Positions 61,075-64,000 of a DNA stretch of 64,000 bases are shown one piece after another (the stretch's first letter is position 1; every line of letters begins with the position of its first letter). The DNA lies in assembly GCA_965198225.1 (NCBI GenBank), contig CBDAOY010000009.1, positions 896,001-960,000 on the forward strand. Direction: 5' to 3'. The DNA comes from Terriglobia bacterium (GTDB taxonomy: Bacteria > Acidobacteriota > Terriglobia > 20CM-2-55-15). The notes under the pieces are model-generated. The model was not told the origin of the DNA and made no database searches. It saw only the letters and a list, made by a program, of their open reading frames with translations. Made by a program: the position numbers and the translations under genes.

Positions 61075-62493
61075 TCAGGCCTGGCTCGAAACGCTGGACG
61101 GTGCCGTCAGCGAAAGCTCACCCGTACTGTCGCCGAAGGTCTCGATGTCGTCCATGCCGAGCATGCGCATCATGCTCAGCATCGCGTTGGCCATCGGCGT
61201 GTCGTCTTCGGCCTTCACGTGAAGATTGCCTTCGAGATGGCCGTTGGCATGGCCGAGCAGGAAGAGCGGGCACCGCCGATGGTTGTGGATGTTGGCGTCC
61301 GACATCGGGGATCCCCAGACGATCATCGTCTTGTCCAGCAGAGAAGCGTCCCCTTCCATCGAGTTCTTCATCTTGTCCAGGAAGTACGGAAGCTGGCCGA
61401 TGCGGTAAGTGCAGATCTTATTGAAGTCCATGATCCGCTCGTGGTTGTTGCCGTGGTGCGATGCCGGGTGGAACGGCCTTTCCGATCCGCTCTCAGGGAA
61501 TACGCGGTTCTGGGCATCGCGACCCGTCTTGAAGGAGATCACACGGGTCATATCCGTTTCCAGCGCGAGCACCTGGAGGTCGAACATCAGTGCCATGTGT
61601 TCGGAGAAGGAGTCGGGCACGCCGGCCGGCGCTTCGGGTAGCGCGCGCTGTTCGCCGCCGCTGTTGTGCGCTTCAATCATCCCTATGCGGCGTTCGATCT
61701 CGCGAACGTTTTCGAGATACCGGTCCATTCGGAGCCGGTCGGCGGGTCCGAGGTCGTTCCGCACATCGGCGAGATCGCCCAGAATCCAATCGAGGATGCT
61801 CTTGCGCGCCTCCCTCCGCTCGGCCCGGTCTTCGGGTGTCTTGCCCGCACCGAACAGCATGTCGAATGCGACCCGCGGGTCGCGGATCATCGGAAGCGGC
61901 TCGCTGGGCGACGACCAGCTGATCGAGTCCGTGTACGCGCAGGAGTAGTTGTACGTACAGCCGCCCGCCTGGTCGAGACTCTCGATGCAGAACTGCATCG
62001 ACGGCAGCGGTGTGGCCTGCCCGAAGCGCTGAGCATAGAGCTGATCCATCGACGTTCCCACCCATAAATCAGAGCCCTGGGTCTGTTTGGGATGGGATTG
62101 GGTCAGGAACACCGCGCTCGAGCGGAAGTGGTCCCCCCCGATCTCCGGCGGTGAGAGTGCCTCAGCGTTGCGGGCATCGGTGTTGCTGATGATGGTCAGG
62201 TATTCCTGGTAGTCCTTCAGCGAGATCAGCGCGTTGTCCGGGAGGAGTTCGAAATCCTTCCCGGTTGTGGTCGGTTCGAACAGGTGCTGGCTTGCCCCCC
62301 ATACCTTGTTACAGCCGGGAAGCCCGTGTACCTCCTCGATGCAGACCAGACGCGTCTGGTCGACCGCGGCGGCCGCCGTCGCACCTCCGCGTCCGGCCGG
62401 TACCATCGCCTCCATGAACGGCAGCGCCACAGTGGCGCCGACGCCCCGGAGAAAGGTCCGGCGGGGTATGTATTTTCCAGTGATGTAGGACAT
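61075..62493 (-). CDS. DUF1552 (HXXSHH) protein with Tat signal
   Basis: IPRRTFLRGVGATVALP, YSCAYTDSISW, FHPASHH. Confidence 0.92.
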   Translation of the reverse strand: MSYITGKYIPRRTFLRGVGATVALPFMEAMVPAGRGGATAAAAVDQTRLVCIEEVHGLPGCNKVWGASQHLFEPTTTGKDFELLPDNALISLKDYQEYLTIISNTDARNAEALSPPEIGGDHFRSSAVFLTQSHPKQTQGSDLWVGTSMDQLYAQRFGQATPLPSMQFCIESLDQAGGCTYNYSCAYTDSISWSSPSEPLPMIRDPRVAFDMLFGAGKTPEDRAERREARKSILDWILGDLADVRNDLGPADRLRMDRYLENVREIERRIGMIEAHNSGGEQRALPEAPAGVPDSFSEHMALMFDLQVLALETDMTRVISFKTGRDAQNRVFPESGSERPFHPASHHGNNHERIMDFNKICTYRIGQLPYFLDKMKNSMEGDASLLDKTMIVWGSPMSDANIHNHRRCPLFLLGHANGHLEGNLHVKAEDDTPMANAMLSMMRMLGMDDIETFGDSTGELSLTAPSSVSSQA

Positions 62494-62524
62494 GGCTTGA
62501 GTCTCCTCGACTGTAGGGTAATGG

Positions 62525-64000
62525 TTATTGCCGGTTGATGGCTGCCGCGTCCTCGGTATCGACCGGCTCCATCCGCTTCATCTGGAATGCGTCGCTCTTC
62601 ACTACTCCCAGGATGAACGACGACATGTGGTACTCGTTGGCTTCAGCCTCTCGGGTGATCACGCGGATCGCCGGTTGATCGAAATACTCGACCGGCCGAC
62701 CCAGCGCGTACGCCATAAGATTTTCGGTAAACGTCCGTACTAGCGGCATCGGGCGCTTCAGGAGTGCATCGACGAGCTCCCCCGGACTCGACACCGGGGT
62801 CCCGTCGTAGAAATCGCCCCGGGTATCTATTGCGGCTCCGTTCTCCCGGAGGCGCCACTTCGCCGTGACGTCGAAATTGTCCAGCGCCAGACCGATTGGG
62901 TCCATCATGCTGTGGCAGGCGTTGCAGGCCGGGTTCTCTCTGTGTTTCTCCATCCGCTCGCGCGTCGACAGCAGCTTGCCGTCCTCCGACCCCTTGGTCT
63001 CGTCCAGGGTCGGGACGTTCGCCGGTGGAGGCGGCGGGGGAGTCCCCATCAGAACTTCCATGACCCACTTTCCGCGCAACACCGGGGAAGTGCGGTTTGC
63101 CAGCGACGTGAGCACGAGGATACTGCCGTGGCCCAGAACGCCCTGGCGGTTGCCGTCGGGATAATGGACCCGCCGGAACTGGCTTCCCGCGACATTCGGG
63201 AATCCGTAGTGGCGCGCGAGGCGTTCGTCGGCAAACGTGTAGTCGGCCGTGTACAGCTCGAGCAGGCTCCGGTCTTCGCGAACGAGGTAGTTGAAGAACG
63301 TCTCCGTCTCGCGCTGCATCGCATCGGCCATGTTCTCGTCGAAATTGGGGAAGAAGTTCGGGTCGGGACGGACCTTGTACAGGTCCTGGAGCCGGAACCA
63401 CTGGGCGGCGAACCGGTTGCCCAGTGCCTCGGCGCGCGGGTCGGCCAGCATCCTGCGCGCCTGACCTTGCAGTTCTCCTGGAGCCGACAGCCGTCCCTGG
63501 TCTGCGAGCGCCTGAAGTTCCTCGTCGGGGGTGGTTCCCCAGAGGAAAAACGACAGTCGCGACGCCAGGTCCAGGTCGCTGACAGGGTACACCTGCCCGG
63601 GTTGGACGTCGGCAGGCTCCCGCTCCAGCCGCAGAACGAAGTGCGGGCTCGCCAGGATCGCTTCGAGAGCTCCGCGTATCCCGAGCTCGAATCCGCCGTT
63701 TTCGGCGCCCGCGTCGTAGAACTGCATCAGGCCGTCGAGGTCGCCGGGTGTCAACGACCGCCGGTAGGCTTCGCTGGCTAACCGGGAAACGATGTCTCTC
63801 GCGCAGGGCCGTTCTTCGGAGGACCCGGTCGGTCGGCACGTGAAGATCTTCTCGCGGCTCGGCGTTTCCGACAGTCCCGTGATGTTGTCCGGGCCGTTGA
63901 CGATCAGGTCCCTCAAGTGGGGCAGCGTCGTGATTCCTGCGCCGCCGGAACCACCGCCGGCGTAAGACCAGTCGTGCGGGCGAATCAGATCTTCGTAGGG
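62525..64000 (-). CDS. Second DUF1592-domain protein (5' end outside the window)
   Basis: Close paralogue of 55175-57613; LASRLSFFLW, RTSPVLRGKW, CNACH. Confidence 0.9.
   Translation of the reverse strand, partial: PYEDLIRPHDWSYAGGGSGGAGITTLPHLRDLIVNGPDNITGLSETPSREKIFTCRPTGSSEERPCARDIVSRLASEAYRRSLTPGDLDGLMQFYDAGAENGGFELGIRGALEAILASPHFVLRLEREPADVQPGQVYPVSDLDLASRLSFFLWGTTPDEELQALADQGRLSAPGELQGQARRMLADPRAEALGNRFAAQWFRLQDLYKVRPDPNFFPNFDENMADAMQRETETFFNYLVREDRSLLELYTADYTFADERLARHYGFPNVAGSQFRRVHYPDGNRQGVLGHGSILVLTSLANRTSPVLRGKWVMEVLMGTPPPPPPANVPTLDETKGSEDGKLLSTRERMEKHRENPACNACHSMMDPIGLALDNFDVTAKWRLRENGAAIDTRGDFYDGTPVSSPGELVDALLKRPMPLVRTFTENLMAYALGRPVEYFDQPAIRVITREAEANEYHMSSFILGVVKSDAFQMKRMEPVDTEDAAAINRQ

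Overview
GC-rich bacterial chromosomal window, most consistent with Acidobacteriota (PadR plus duplicated orphan permease, Oar-type TonB receptor, DUF1592/DUF1552/ankyrin cluster). It opens with the core block tRNA-Leu(TAG)-tig-clpP-clpX-lon on the minus strand. Next to the tRNA 5' end is a decayed island: att-like arm and IHF motifs, a tyrosine-integrase relic, and a PilZ gene broken by five scrambled group II intron RT fragments. The remainder is mostly envelope and hydrolase genes plus an intact IS630. Notable loci are a GluR0-like channel, a tandem-domain ThyX, and a compact lipid locus (membrane patatin divergent from FAAL, cNMP-patatin and ACP-acyltransferase). Intergenic DNA carries several repeat families, including IS630-ended MITEs with structured cargo and 19-bp collapsed IS-end relics. 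Three genes are frameshifted. No CRISPR array or rRNA was seen. All family calls are from motif recognition by eye, not database searches.
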